NCBI GenBank assembly: GCA_048013815.1
Contig: CM106586.1
Location: 2,790,001 to 2,854,000 of the forward strand
Source: Setoptus koraiensis
Taxonomy: Eukaryota; Animalia; Arthropoda
Direction of reading: 5' to 3'
Length of the DNA stretch: 64,000 nt
Notes under the pieces: model-generated
The model's input: only the letters and a program-made list of their open reading frames with translations
Database searches by the model: none
What the model was told of the DNA's origin: nothing
Made by a program: the position numbers and the translations under genes
Part shown: one piece after another, positions 53,107 to 63,826 of the stretch
How the letters are laid out: each line of letters begins with the position of its first letter
How positions within the stretch are numbered: position 1 is the stretch's first letter

Positions 53107-56100
53107 GTATCAAGCGGATCAATTCAGTTGATTGTGCCAGAGTGGGGCCTAGGGGGCGCTGGTAGCACCTCACCGTCGGCCAGCAGCGCCAACAGCAACA
53201 ACAGCAGCAACAACAGCAACAACAACAGCAACAACAGCGACATCAACAACAGTAAGTGCGCCAGCTCGACAGCGGACACAAACAGCGCAACTAGCGGTGA
53301 AATTGCGTCAGCAGCAGTGTCAGGTAGCTGGCAAGTGAACCCAGTGGATTGCAACAGCAGGCAGCGAGCAACAGCAAACGGTGAGCAGCAAGCCGAGAGT
53401 CAGCAGCCGCATGAGAATCGGCAGCAACAACGGCAGCAACAGCAACAACAACAGCAACAACAGCAACATGCGTTGCGCAAGGTGATGCCGGACAGCAAGG
53501 GCTTGAACAGCACGCCAGAAGACGATCGGAAAGTCGCTCAGCAGCAGCAGCAACAGGCGGCCATAAATTCGGCTCTGGCTTCGAATGGCTGCAACTCGAC
53601 CGGTTGGCAGGCTAAGAAGAGTTCGAGCGTTGTTGCGCACAACCAGCAGCGACAACATTGCATAGAAGAAGAACAACAACAACAGCGACAACAGCAGCAG
53701 CAACAGCAACAACAGCAGCGGCCAGCCAGCAACAGGGCAGGCAAAGAACAAGCGAGCGAACAACAACAACAGCAACAGCACCAGTTGACAGGTGAACGGG
53801 CCATAGAGCGTCAGCGATCGCTGGCAAGTGTTGCGAGCCAGACAACGCCACGGCCAGGTGCAGTGAAGCGAGCACAAGAAGAACGCGACCACGATCGAGC
53901 CAGAGAAGAACACAACGAAGAAGAAGAAGAAGAAGAACAGAGCGAACGAGAAGAACAGAGCGACGAAGAAGAAGCAGAACAGAAGAACGAAGAACAGAAG
54001 AACGAAGAACAGAAGAACGACGAACAGAAGAACGGGGCACACAAGAAGGGACAAGAGGAAGCAGAAGAGAGCAAAGAAGGGCCTGCGAATAAAGAAGAGA
54101 AGGACAGTGGCAGTGGCAGTGGCCGACAGCAAGCAACACACCGGCTCTCAGGGTTGTTGCGGCACCAACACCGACCACCGTTAAGCGATCACACTCACAG
54201 ACGTGCCCAAGAATACCACCACCAAGACCAAGACGATGACCAAAACCAACAACAACAACAAATCGATAGCCACCGACAACGATATTTGATGCTAATAAAC
54301 GCCGGCAGAAGTGAGAACAACGATGACAACCAGTCGACAAATTCAACGCACCATCCCATAGAGAACATAGACAACATAGACAACATAGAGAAGAACCAAT
54401 CACAACAACAACAACTGCCAAGAAGTAGTAGCAGAAGCAGCGGTGCTGGTACCAGTAGCGTCAGCAGTGATGAACACGATGATAATAATAGTCATGTTGT
54501 TGCTATCAGTGATAAAAATAAACGAAATATCTACGACAACAATAATATACAACAACAATTAGACCAACATACACAACAACCGCATACCACCACCAGCATC
54601 AACAACCACAACAACAATATGTCTGGCAGCCACGCTGACAGCTTGATTATGGTCGACGAAGATCCTGTTGTTTTGATACCAAAACTCATATCTCGATTAG
54701 ATAGAAAATTGAGTGTCATGAAACAAGAACAGCTGAGTCTCATTGGCGATATTGAATCAAATGAATTGGCTGGCGAACGTTTGTTTGATTCCATGAAACA
54801 ATATCTCACTGTTAATGAATTTGACAAATTAATGGTACACTCACAGGAGATTGAGCAAGTGACAAAATTGATTTTAACACTAGAGGCTCGCTTACAACAG
54901 ATTGAGTGTGATATCAAAACAAACAAGGATAAACAGCTGCAATTGCAACAGCAGCAACTGCATCATTCCACCACCACCACCAACAACAACACAACTGCTA
55001 CTACTGCTCCATCTAATACTCAAAATACTCAAAGTATTATTAAATCATCTCAACGACAGATTAGTGATAGCCAAGAATTGACCAACAGAAGCAACCATTA
55101 TCAAAGGGTTGGCTATAATTGCAACAAGTCAGCAACTATTGACAACTTTTGTGAGGCCAGCAGCAGTAACACAACAACAAATAAATACCTGAATTTGCGT
55201 GGCATTAGCGATCCGACGGCCTCAACAGGTAAAACGAGCAGGGGCCAGCATCAGCATCATCCGTCGTTGACACATTTGGAGACACATCATACGTTCCATA
55301 AGACAACCAGCAGTTGTGGCAAGACAACTGGCTTGAGTGCCACATCGGCTGCCATTCCGAACAGTAGCAGCACAACCGGTTCGGACAATGACCAAAAACA
55401 CCTATCCAATGGGGGGCACGAGGATCAACATTGTGACACCATTAGCACCGGCAACAATATTAGCTCGAAAAGATATAGAGCAAACAAATTGATTGCCAAC
55501 AATCAATTGTCGCCTAGATCCAGGCATCAACAGCCGCACCATCGTCACCAGCACCATCAGAGTCAAAGCAAAATGGACAGGGACAATGCCGGCAACAACA
55601 GCAACAATTGTGGAAATGCTACCGATCAGAGTATGAATAGCAGTAACAATGATAGCAATTGCTGCCATAAGGGCTCATCCAGTGATTCGATATTTAATTC
55701 AACCGACTCCGCCATTGGTAGCACTTTGACAGGTAGCATTAGTGCAATTAGTCAGGATGGCGACGAATCGCCTAGCTGTTCGCCGACGCCCCAATCGCAC
55801 CTCTCGTCGACATTATCGGTGGCCTCCTCTTCCTACACCAATCAACAGAGCCTATCGGTGGCAAGTAGCTCGCCCAGTTCGCCGGCCTCTGTATCATCGT
55901 TGCACAGTTGCTCAACAACAACAAACACAACTATCACTCCCAACATTATTGCTGCCAATACTAATGCAACTACAACCACCACCTCAACCACCACACCACC
56001 ACCACAATCAATAATGACAGAAACAACGAAAACATCAGTCATTGATAGATCAGACCAGAATTGTCAACACAATGTCGGTACGATAGGAACACCAACATCG

Positions 56101-56772
56101 GAAAGTGGCAGTATGAGCTTTCAAACGGACAACAGTGACCACGTGATAGGCTCCAGGAATCTCTTAATCAAAAACAAGCTTGCCATGTCTCTCTACCAGT
56201 CTCACCCGTCGCTATCGGCGTTGGTTTCGGCACCCTCGTCTATGCCCGATTTGTTTGTGTCAAATAACACTAGCAACAGTAATAGTTTGGTGGCCAAGTC
56301 CTCGAGATCAAACACAAACTCAAGCTCGGCTTCTACGAGATCTATCAACCAATACGGTCCAATTGCATCCAAGTCGATCAATAACACCAATCAAGTCACT
56401 GCTGATATGCTAGAGCTTTCCTCGATGGATATCAACTCTGAGCTTGTGTTTATGCTCACCGATTTGGACATATTGCTGTCGAAACGTGATAGATTGCGTA
56501 CACAAATTGAGGAGGCCAAACAATTGGATGAGTCTATCACAAAAAGGACAGAGACCATCATACAAAGGATATTAATGAAATATTACGATGAGACACACAA
56601 TGAAGAAATTAAAGAATTTCGTCAATATACAAGACTAAAATCTTTGTTGATCAAGGAAACTAAGGATGTCGCAGATAGAATAGACAATGCCGAGAAACAG
56701 TTGGCTCAATTGAAGAAAAGCAACGAAACACCGGCCTCATCGAATAACGAACGCTTGATAGTGAACGAATAA
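53107..56772 (+). CDS. Shroom: Shroom-family protein, terminal coding exon with a split ASD2 (SD2, Rho-kinase-binding) domain
   Basis: LISRLDRKLSVMKQEQLSLIGDIESNELAGERL...NEFDKL...EQVTKLILTLEARLQQIE (54673-54918) and LLSKRDRLRTQIEEAKQLDESITKR...FRQYTRLKSLLIKETKDVADRIDNAEKQLAQLKKS (56461-56721) match the two halves of recalled ASD2 sequences. In-frame stop at 53056-53058 with no ATG near the ORF start. Candidate acceptor tcaactcactacAG ends at 53106 (phase 0). AATAAA lies 23 nt after the stop. Confidence 0.88.
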   Translation, partial: VSSGSIQLIVPEWGLGGAGSTSPSASSANSNNSSNNSNNNSNNSDINNSKCASSTADTNSATSGEIASAAVSGSWQVNPVDCNSRQRATANGEQQAESQQPHENRQQQRQQQQQQQQQQQHALRKVMPDSKGLNSTPEDDRKVAQQQQQQAAINSALASNGCNSTGWQAKKSSSVVAHNQQRQHCIEEEQQQQRQQQQQQQQQQRPASNRAGKEQASEQQQQQQHQLTGERAIERQRSLASVASQTTPRPGAVKRAQEERDHDRAREEHNEEEEEEEQSEREEQSDEEEAEQKNEEQKNEEQKNDEQKNGAHKKGQEEAEESKEGPANKEEKDSGSGSGRQQATHRLSGLLRHQHRPPLSDHTHRRAQEYHHQDQDDDQNQQQQQIDSHRQRYLMLINAGRSENNDDNQSTNSTHHPIENIDNIDNIEKNQSQQQQLPRSSSRSSGAGTSSVSSDEHDDNNSHVVAISDKNKRNIYDNNNIQQQLDQHTQQPHTTTSINNHNNNMSGSHADSLIMVDEDPVVLIPKLISRLDRKLSVMKQEQLSLIGDIESNELAGERLFDSMKQYLTVNEFDKLMVHSQEIEQVTKLILTLEARLQQIECDIKTNKDKQLQLQQQQLHHSTTTTNNNTTATTAPSNTQNTQSIIKSSQRQISDSQELTNRSNHYQRVGYNCNKSATIDNFCEASSSNTTTNKYLNLRGISDPTASTGKTSRGQHQHHPSLTHLETHHTFHKTTSSCGKTTGLSATSAAIPNSSSTTGSDNDQKHLSNGGHEDQHCDTISTGNNISSKRYRANKLIANNQLSPRSRHQQPHHRHQHHQSQSKMDRDNAGNNSNNCGNATDQSMNSSNNDSNCCHKGSSSDSIFNSTDSAIGSTLTGSISAISQDGDESPSCSPTPQSHLSSTLSVASSSYTNQQSLSVASSSPSSPASVSSLHSCSTTTNTTITPNIIAANTNATTTTTSTTTPPPQSIMTETTKTSVIDRSDQNCQHNVGTIGTPTSESGSMSFQTDNSDHVIGSRNLLIKNKLAMSLYQSHPSLSALVSAPSSMPDLFVSNNTSNSNSLVAKSSRSNTNSSSASTRSINQYGPIASKSINNTNQVTADMLELSSMDINSELVFMLTDLDILLSKRDRLRTQIEEAKQLDESITKRTETIIQRILMKYYDETHNEEIKEFRQYTRLKSLLIKETKDVADRIDNAEKQLAQLKKSNETPASSNNERLIVNE

Positions 56773-56794
56773 CTAGCAGCAGAAGCTACAATCA

Positions 56795-56800
56795 AATAAA
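56795..56800 (+). terminator. Polyadenylation signal candidate for Shroom
   Basis: AATAAA shortly after the stop, in a 508-bp gap between the convergent Shroom and MED24 genes. Confidence 0.5.
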
Positions 56801-57280
56801 TTGTTCACAACGGAGACTAAGTCTCTTCTTATCTTCTATTATGTAATTAGCAAACATCTGTCTATATATGTTGGATGATTGTAGCTACCAACAGAAGCAT
56901 TTGTGATAAAGAACTCATTCATAAAGGAGTCTCAGATAACAATTAAACAAACTGGTAAAAATACAGAGATAAAACAATAATTGTATGAGTTATTGTTGGT
57001 ATTGGCGAGAAGAAATAATTGTTTATTGTTCAATTTTTACTGGTGTTATAAAATGATTGTCCTAGAATATTAGAGATTTACTCTGAATATCTATATATAT
57101 ATATTTATTTGTATATCTATCTTTCTGATCCATCGTAAATAGTTTGAATTTACATAGAAAATATTGATTTGAAATTTCAATTGCATGTCATTCCAAGAGA
57201 GTATCCATTCAGTTCTATGATATAACTCTTTGAGGGTGCTAATATCAATCAGAGCAACAACTCCCTAATGTGTGTCTAAC

Positions 57281-60200
57281 CTATCTAGCTCCGAGCGTCA
57301 TTTTTTGCTGTTGCTGCGGCTGTTGCTGTTGTTGCTGATATTGACCCGTAGACGACGATATGTTAGGCATGGTCCCACTTGGCGAGCTACCAGAAAATCG
57401 AATGAGTTGCGGACCCTCACTCTTCACCGAGACTGAAATGTTGTTAGTGGGGTTGGAGAAGTTATCATTGATGTTGTGAGACGCCTCAAATGAATCTGTT
57501 TCGTTGGTATTGCGATTTTGGCTAGATAAAACTGATCGCTTTGAAGCTAGCTCACATATGGCGCGTGCTGTGGCCCAACGGCTCTCAGTAGTGGACAGAT
57601 TGCTGATAGCTAAAGCGAGCTCAAAAGTAAGCTCATTGGAAAATAACTTAATTATATCCATGAGTATGTAGGGAGGTGTTAATTTCGTAATATCGTGAGC
57701 ATCCTTACCAGCACAGATTACAGTTTGTTCGAGAAATAATACAGGGAACAGCGTTCTCTGGCTCATACAGGTGTCTGACATAATTCTTTTGAATAATCTC
57801 ATCAAAGTCACCAGGCTGGACTCCAAATTCGCTAGAGGAGCCTTGCTGTCTCTTTTCGGCACAAAAATCGGCAGCTGATCTGCTTTAGGAGCTTTCGTTG
57901 GCTCTTTATCAACACCATTGGTGCTGATCGATTGACTGTCAATCTTGGATTTTTTATCAATATGACCCAGATCGATGGCAGGGTCATCTGACTCAGTTAT
58001 CATCATAAAATCTGATTCATGTCCCATCATAAGCATACCATTATTACTCGCAGCATCAGTGTTATAGAATCCAGGCTCTTCCTTTATTTTGACTGATTGG
58101 GGTGGTTTATTCTGATTTTGTTCATTCTCTTGACTACCAAAAGGAATATAACTCGTTGAAACGTACTTCAGGTGTCTTATAGCCTCGATGATGGTCATGA
58201 CAGACAAACGAGCCAGGGCATAAGCTCTAGGTTGTATTAAATTTGATTGTTTTTGCTCGCATATCAGGTTATCAACTATGGTATCTTCAATCAGTGCCAG
58301 AGCGAATTCCTCAATGTTCAAATGGAATAGACCAAACACTATGTCGACAGCTCTGTTTAGTTCGCTGGGTGATTCTAGTAATAGTATTCGTTCGACGATG
58401 ATATTAGCGAATGATCTGTAACCAATCAATTTAGTCAAAGCCTCGAATGTGTGCAGAGATTTTAAATCTGTCCAGCCACGCTCTAAGCTGTGTCCGAGTT
58501 CGGCAGCTAAAATTTCATTGGTAGACAATGTAGTAAAAAATCGCTTATTATTGGGCAAGTGGATTTGCTGAGAACTGCTTTGAGATCCTGATGTCACTGT
58601 GTCGCCAGTCTGCGATTCACCTGCATCGACAGAAGAAGATTCATTATTGTTGAATGAAGCTGAAGCTTGATGAGAGCTGATAGAATTAGGTGAGGGCGCT
58701 AATTCATTGTATATCTTCTTAATAATATGACACATGAGAGAAGACCTTTCTCGGAAACTTTCGCAGGCCTGACTGATAGAATCCTTGTCTTGGGTTGATT
58801 GATTATTGTTTCCGCTATCACTATTGCTTCTTTCTGCAGACAAGGGTGCAGTAGTTGGTGCCGTCTGATTGGTGACATCAGCTTCACTATTCTCAGTAGA
58901 CGTCTTTAAAGGGCTATTATTGTTGCATTGACTATTCTGTTGATATTGTTTTGTGGAAGAATTATATCTCATCAATTCTTGGAGCATCGCTAGAGACTTC
59001 TTCCTGTCTTGCGATCCTAGAGTTTTGATGTGCGCTCTAAGCCACGAGGCAATAACAAGTCCCAAGAAGCACATCTTAGATTTAATTTTATCGACAATCA
59101 TCTTTATCATGGCATCCGATATTAATTCATGTTGCCAGGCGTTGAGAATCTCGCTCACTGCCGCGGGTATATTTTCGCAGACTTCGTGCCAATCAATGTT
59201 GATTGTCTGAAAAGTATTTTGTTCTGAAGTCAGATTCATCAACTGTTTTATCAGAAGATCAACTTTCTTGCTATCGCAATGAATTAGTAGTTGCTTGGGA
59301 CAATTCAATCTCGTAGAACTGTTGTAGAATTTCAAATACCAAGATGCGAACGCAGAGTTTCTATCTTTTGGAGCAATAACATCACATCCATAGTTATTCG
59401 CGATGTGACATAACATGAGAAAAGTAATATCAAACAATAATGAGCGCAAAAGTGATGATCGACTATTCTCTTCACTGAGGCGTTTGTTTGTCTCATTGAA
59501 TTCAATTAACTTCGAAGTGAAGGCTTGTAATTTCCCAGATGCTGCAGCTGCGCTCAAAATAAGTTCGAAACTCTTTCCATTTACCATCTGACATAAAACT
59601 CGGAGCAGCTGAGCTTGATCTTTTGAATAGTCTGTGTCCAGAGTACGCAATATACTTATCATGGTAGGTTCAGCTTTAAGAACTGTATGTAATCCGGAAT
59701 GACCCGATTCTTGAGTGCCCATAGTTGGTCTGGATTTGATGATTGCCTGTCTAGCACTTACTAGATCATGTAACCTACTTGAGAGGCTACTTTCTGTCTT
59801 GGAAAGTTCCTTGACGAGGCACCCGAGAAAGTCACAGTTGCATTTGGTGTCAGCTAAGTCTAACAAAGGTGTATATCCGTTCAACTTCTCGATCGCTTTT
59901 GTGAGATCTAGAGCGTATTGAGAGTGACTCTGATCGTGAGTCGGTTTTGTGTTATTATTATTAGTTCCGTTGCCCGATAAAGTATCCGCGTCGAAAGAGT
60001 TGTGGGCTGTAGTAATTTTCGGGGGTGAATCGTTACAAATTCTATTCAGTTCCTTCAGTAGATGAGGCATTTTTAAAAAAGTGAAAACTGCCCATTTTCC
60101 ATCTTCTGTTGTTTTTTTAGCATCTATGGATCCAGTAAGGCATATTCGTATTATCTCACAATAAACACTGGATAGGGGTAAATTATAGGAATCTTTGATT

Positions 60201-61408
60201 GTAGCTATTTGGTTTGCGACTAGTCTAATATCTCTGGCTGGCCAAAACACGACATCAAATGCAATCAATGAGTAGAGACAAGCAAATAATGCCTGACTTG
60301 GTGATGAGTCCAAGCTCACGCCACTGAGGTGGTGAGATAATTGCCCTAATACATCCATCATTACTGACTTGTGATAACTATTCATTTTGTTATTATGATG
60401 TATACCATGATTGATGGAGGAATTCCTAAGTTGTTTTGCGGCTACAACAGAAGGATGAGAATCTAATGAGTTCATTCGACGACTAAAATTTGCTATAACA
60501 TCTAAATGTTCTCGGCCTTGAATAGAATTAACAACAGTTGAATCTTTGATAGTATTCTCAACCATATCGAATGTCTTGATTGTTTCCTGAAATTTTTGTT
60601 CATATTCTAGTCTAAAAATGTATAATAAGGCCATGGTGAATGGTCGTCCTATCAGGTACGCAATTATCTCAGTTGCTAATATAATAACTTGATGATATTC
60701 ACTCGATGGATGGTAAGTACCGACGCCACTAAATACATTGTTAGGATTGTTGATACCAAATAGGCTGTTGTTTGGATTGTTGGGGGTCGGATTGTTATTA
60801 TTACTATTGTTGTTTCTATTAGTTGGTCCGCTAACGAATCCGCCAACATTCTGTTGGTTAATATTGTTAGTTTGTTGTTGTTGCTGCTGTTGGAGTTGTT
60901 GAGCGACCAATGTGTTGGCAGTTGATGTTATCGATGAATTTGAGCATATCTTTTGAATAGAATTATAAATACATTTTATGAGCCAATGCAATATATCACC
61001 CACTGCCCTACATAGATGAATGCAGTCTTCCTCGGAGCCTGAACAAGAGATGTGATCTCTGAAGGCCTTAACAAACTCCAATAGGCATATCATAGCTAAA
61101 GGTTTGTTTTGGGTGAGATTATCATCACAGGAACGTGCGATGGCGGCTAGGACTGAGCCATGTGATACAAGCTTCGTTTTAATAGAGTAATTTAGATAAG
61201 ATATAAACAATTCATTTGGTGCCGGTCCAATCAAAGCTTGTTTCAATATACAATCGGCTAAATCGTACACATCGCCATTGACACCACGGGGTAAAACTTT
61301 CCTTATGCCGTGAGCCCATTCCGCCTCTGACCATTTACATCTCCAGGCGTTTAATAATAGAGACTTTATTGCGGAGGCTTTGCTATTTATTATTGAGGGC
61401 CCGTCCAT
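57281..61408 (-). CDS. MED24: Mediator of RNA polymerase II transcription subunit 24 (TRAP100), single coding exon, 1375 aa
   Basis: The N-terminus LLLNAWRCKWSEAEW...LADCILKQALIGPAPNELFISYLNY matches recalled MED24 (ILQAWKERWSDYQW...LADALLEQAMIGPSPNPLILSYLKY). The central LKAEPTMISILRTLD...GKSFELILSAAAASGKLQAF...LLFDITFLMLCH and the C-terminal LALAISNLS...ATARAI also match. Uninterrupted ATG-to-stop ORF. Confidence 0.96.
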   Translation of the reverse strand: MDGPSIINSKASAIKSLLLNAWRCKWSEAEWAHGIRKVLPRGVNGDVYDLADCILKQALIGPAPNELFISYLNYSIKTKLVSHGSVLAAIARSCDDNLTQNKPLAMICLLEFVKAFRDHISCSGSEEDCIHLCRAVGDILHWLIKCIYNSIQKICSNSSITSTANTLVAQQLQQQQQQQTNNINQQNVGGFVSGPTNRNNNSNNNNPTPNNPNNSLFGINNPNNVFSGVGTYHPSSEYHQVIILATEIIAYLIGRPFTMALLYIFRLEYEQKFQETIKTFDMVENTIKDSTVVNSIQGREHLDVIANFSRRMNSLDSHPSVVAAKQLRNSSINHGIHHNNKMNSYHKSVMMDVLGQLSHHLSGVSLDSSPSQALFACLYSLIAFDVVFWPARDIRLVANQIATIKDSYNLPLSSVYCEIIRICLTGSIDAKKTTEDGKWAVFTFLKMPHLLKELNRICNDSPPKITTAHNSFDADTLSGNGTNNNNTKPTHDQSHSQYALDLTKAIEKLNGYTPLLDLADTKCNCDFLGCLVKELSKTESSLSSRLHDLVSARQAIIKSRPTMGTQESGHSGLHTVLKAEPTMISILRTLDTDYSKDQAQLLRVLCQMVNGKSFELILSAAAASGKLQAFTSKLIEFNETNKRLSEENSRSSLLRSLLFDITFLMLCHIANNYGCDVIAPKDRNSAFASWYLKFYNSSTRLNCPKQLLIHCDSKKVDLLIKQLMNLTSEQNTFQTINIDWHEVCENIPAAVSEILNAWQHELISDAMIKMIVDKIKSKMCFLGLVIASWLRAHIKTLGSQDRKKSLAMLQELMRYNSSTKQYQQNSQCNNNSPLKTSTENSEADVTNQTAPTTAPLSAERSNSDSGNNNQSTQDKDSISQACESFRERSSLMCHIIKKIYNELAPSPNSISSHQASASFNNNESSSVDAGESQTGDTVTSGSQSSSQQIHLPNNKRFFTTLSTNEILAAELGHSLERGWTDLKSLHTFEALTKLIGYRSFANIIVERILLLESPSELNRAVDIVFGLFHLNIEEFALALIEDTIVDNLICEQKQSNLIQPRAYALARLSVMTIIEAIRHLKYVSTSYIPFGSQENEQNQNKPPQSVKIKEEPGFYNTDAASNNGMLMMGHESDFMMITESDDPAIDLGHIDKKSKIDSQSISTNGVDKEPTKAPKADQLPIFVPKRDSKAPLANLESSLVTLMRLFKRIMSDTCMSQRTLFPVLFLEQTVICAGKDAHDITKLTPPYILMDIIKLFSNELTFELALAISNLSTTESRWATARAICELASKRSVLSSQNRNTNETDSFEASHNINDNFSNPTNNISVSVKSEGPQLIRFSGSSPSGTMPNISSSTGQYQQQQQQPQQQQKMTLGAR

Positions 61409-61410
61409 GT

Positions 61411-61440
61411 CTAGAGACCAAATATTGATGGGTGAAATAG
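61411..61440 (-). other. Candidate 3' splice site of a 5'-UTR intron of MED24
   Basis: Minus strand reads ...tttggtctctAG|acATG, with the AG 2 nt upstream of the start codon. Confidence 0.35.
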
Positions 61441-63826
61441 GGTAGAGTGTTTTTGTATACTATTCGCGCTCATTGGATTAATATTTTTGATAGATATTTT
61501 AATAGATGTTGTCTCAATCCAATAATTTTTCGGCGATCTTTCCGGATGCTATTTAAAAAACAATATCAAATGATCAATTACGAAGTTGATTGAAATTTTA
61601 AGAGGGCGTAGAAAAAATATACCGTACTTTTATAATCTAAACTGTTTGATTTCTATTTTATTTATCTCTTCGAAGCGGCGGCGGCGGCCAACAAAATTGG
61701 ATCGGAGCATCAGCATGAAAAAAAAAGTCCGCACAGTTTCTACTGCGATCCTGCACCACAGAAGCTGCGACGCTACACGCCTCCGCGACAGACCCGGGAA
61801 CGGCAATGACACGCCCAAAGGTAGTGGGCACACCAACGGCCATGTGAATGACGTGCTGTGTATTCACGATCGGAGGCCCAAGCACTGTGCAAATGTCCGG
61901 GGACACGTGGGTACAGATGGTAAAGCCTGGTGCACACAAGCCTACTTCAGCACTTGATGGATCAGGATGTATGGACTTTTGCTCAGGTTGATTATGAGAT
62001 GGTTCAACACGAAAACAAATTCAGGTACGAATAGAGAGACAGTCAAGAGAGTACGGAGTTCGAGGGTTCTACTCAATGAATAGAATCTTTATTTATGTAG
62101 CAAGATAGGCTGACAAAATGGAAAATGAACTGCAGTTCAATATTATACTGATTTGAGTGACTGTTGAAGGTTCCAGAATTCGGTGTTCCAAATTGAGTAG
62201 CTGTTTGCGCTGGTGGGTGGCTGCGGAAAATTTGGGAGAAAAAGAAGAGGTAACAAAACCATAAGTAATCTAGAATCCTATGATGATATGATATGGTTAA
62301 TATGAGTAATCTCGTGGATAGCATTTATCAGCTGAAGAAATTTTAGAACTCAACATGTGGAATGGAATGAGTTTTCAGTTGTCCCTATCTATGTATTTGT
62401 CATCATTCTACCCTTGAAACGAGACACATGGAATGAAGTATGTCTGCTTTGTTTCCCAAATACTTACATTAGGGAACTGTCCAAGCGTGATACGATATTT
62501 GTGTCTAACTGTGAATTTTGAGCAGCTCCTAATAAAATGGGGGATAAAATTGAATTAGTGACTGAGTGGAAACTGGAGATGATGGACCAATAGTAGTATT
62601 TGTCATCAGTGAATTAAAGCAGTAATCATTGAGATCAGAGATCTTGGTGATTTTTTTCATCATGTTACAGAATTGGTCAGTAAAAATGGTCTGATATAAA
62701 AAGGTTTCTTACCTGAATTATGTTTGTGAATTCAGTTCCTTTTGCGACTTTTTAGACGACACTTGCCTTTTAATAGCAATGATAATTTGTCATTAATATG
62801 ATAGACAGTTAACAAATACTATTGAAGATTACTAGCCGAGTAGTCATGCTCGAAAGAAGCTCGAACAGTGAATGTAGGCATGAAGATGGCAATTGTAGGT
62901 CAGCAAACTCAGCATGGACCGATGTGGCATTCGTGAACCGGAAAGTTGTGTGCCCTGCGCGCAGCATGCCCAAATGGAGGTGCACTGAGCACGCCTGTTG
63001 CCGGAGACGGTTCGCTCAATGTGCTGGCGTGCATCTGTGCTTGTGCTTTGTGAAAAGAGGTGTTTTCGAGCTTGAAAATTTGTATTTTCCTTTTCCCTAT
63101 TGGGAGGCGTGGTAGAGGGAATCGTTTTTCCGCCTGACCGGAAATGTATGCCACAATACCGGCTCTTTAATTCTGTAATTTTTTACGCTGTTTTCTCGAC
63201 TCTGCTTCTGGCATAAACTATCTAAATACCACAAATAGATCTAAATTATCCATTCATAAACTTGATAGAAATTGAGATAAAACATGGCCGCTATGCTCGG
63301 AAGCGCCCGGAAAAATACCCTAGCCGGTATCCCGCTAAACAAATACAGCGGCAGGTCGTTGTATCAGCCGCGATAATCTTATAATTCGCAAGTTGTGAAG
63401 CGATGTGTTAGAAAGGTTAATCCTATTTTTACTGTGTGAGCTCCTCACAATGCACCAGAGCCAGTTTATGAAAAAGTCCGCTAGAGACGCTGATATCGCT
63501 CAAAATATAGACAGCCAAGCGTAGGCTGTTTCGATAAATGTTTCTTCTTTTTTATTGCGTGTCTAATATAGTGAATTGAATCAAATAAATGTACGCGCTC
63601 TCCAACGCAAGGGGTGCGTTGCACTCTGCTTGATGGGGATTCTGCATAGCCCCAGCTTATGGAAAGGTGAGCAGCGCCGCCCTCTCGGAATTTTTCTTAA
63701 ACCGGTGTAGATTAAATGAAAACAGCTCACACAATACCGAGTAATGGAATGGTCATCGCGTAACCATTTGGCCATAAAAAAATAAAATTATTTAATCAAC
63801 ATTCACCCAGACATATCACCTCCACA

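Noticed and set aside
53320-54421. Long minus-strand ORFs of 273 and 269 aa
   Set aside because: Antisense shadows of the CAA/GAA-rich Shroom exon; TTG/TTC repeats lack stops.
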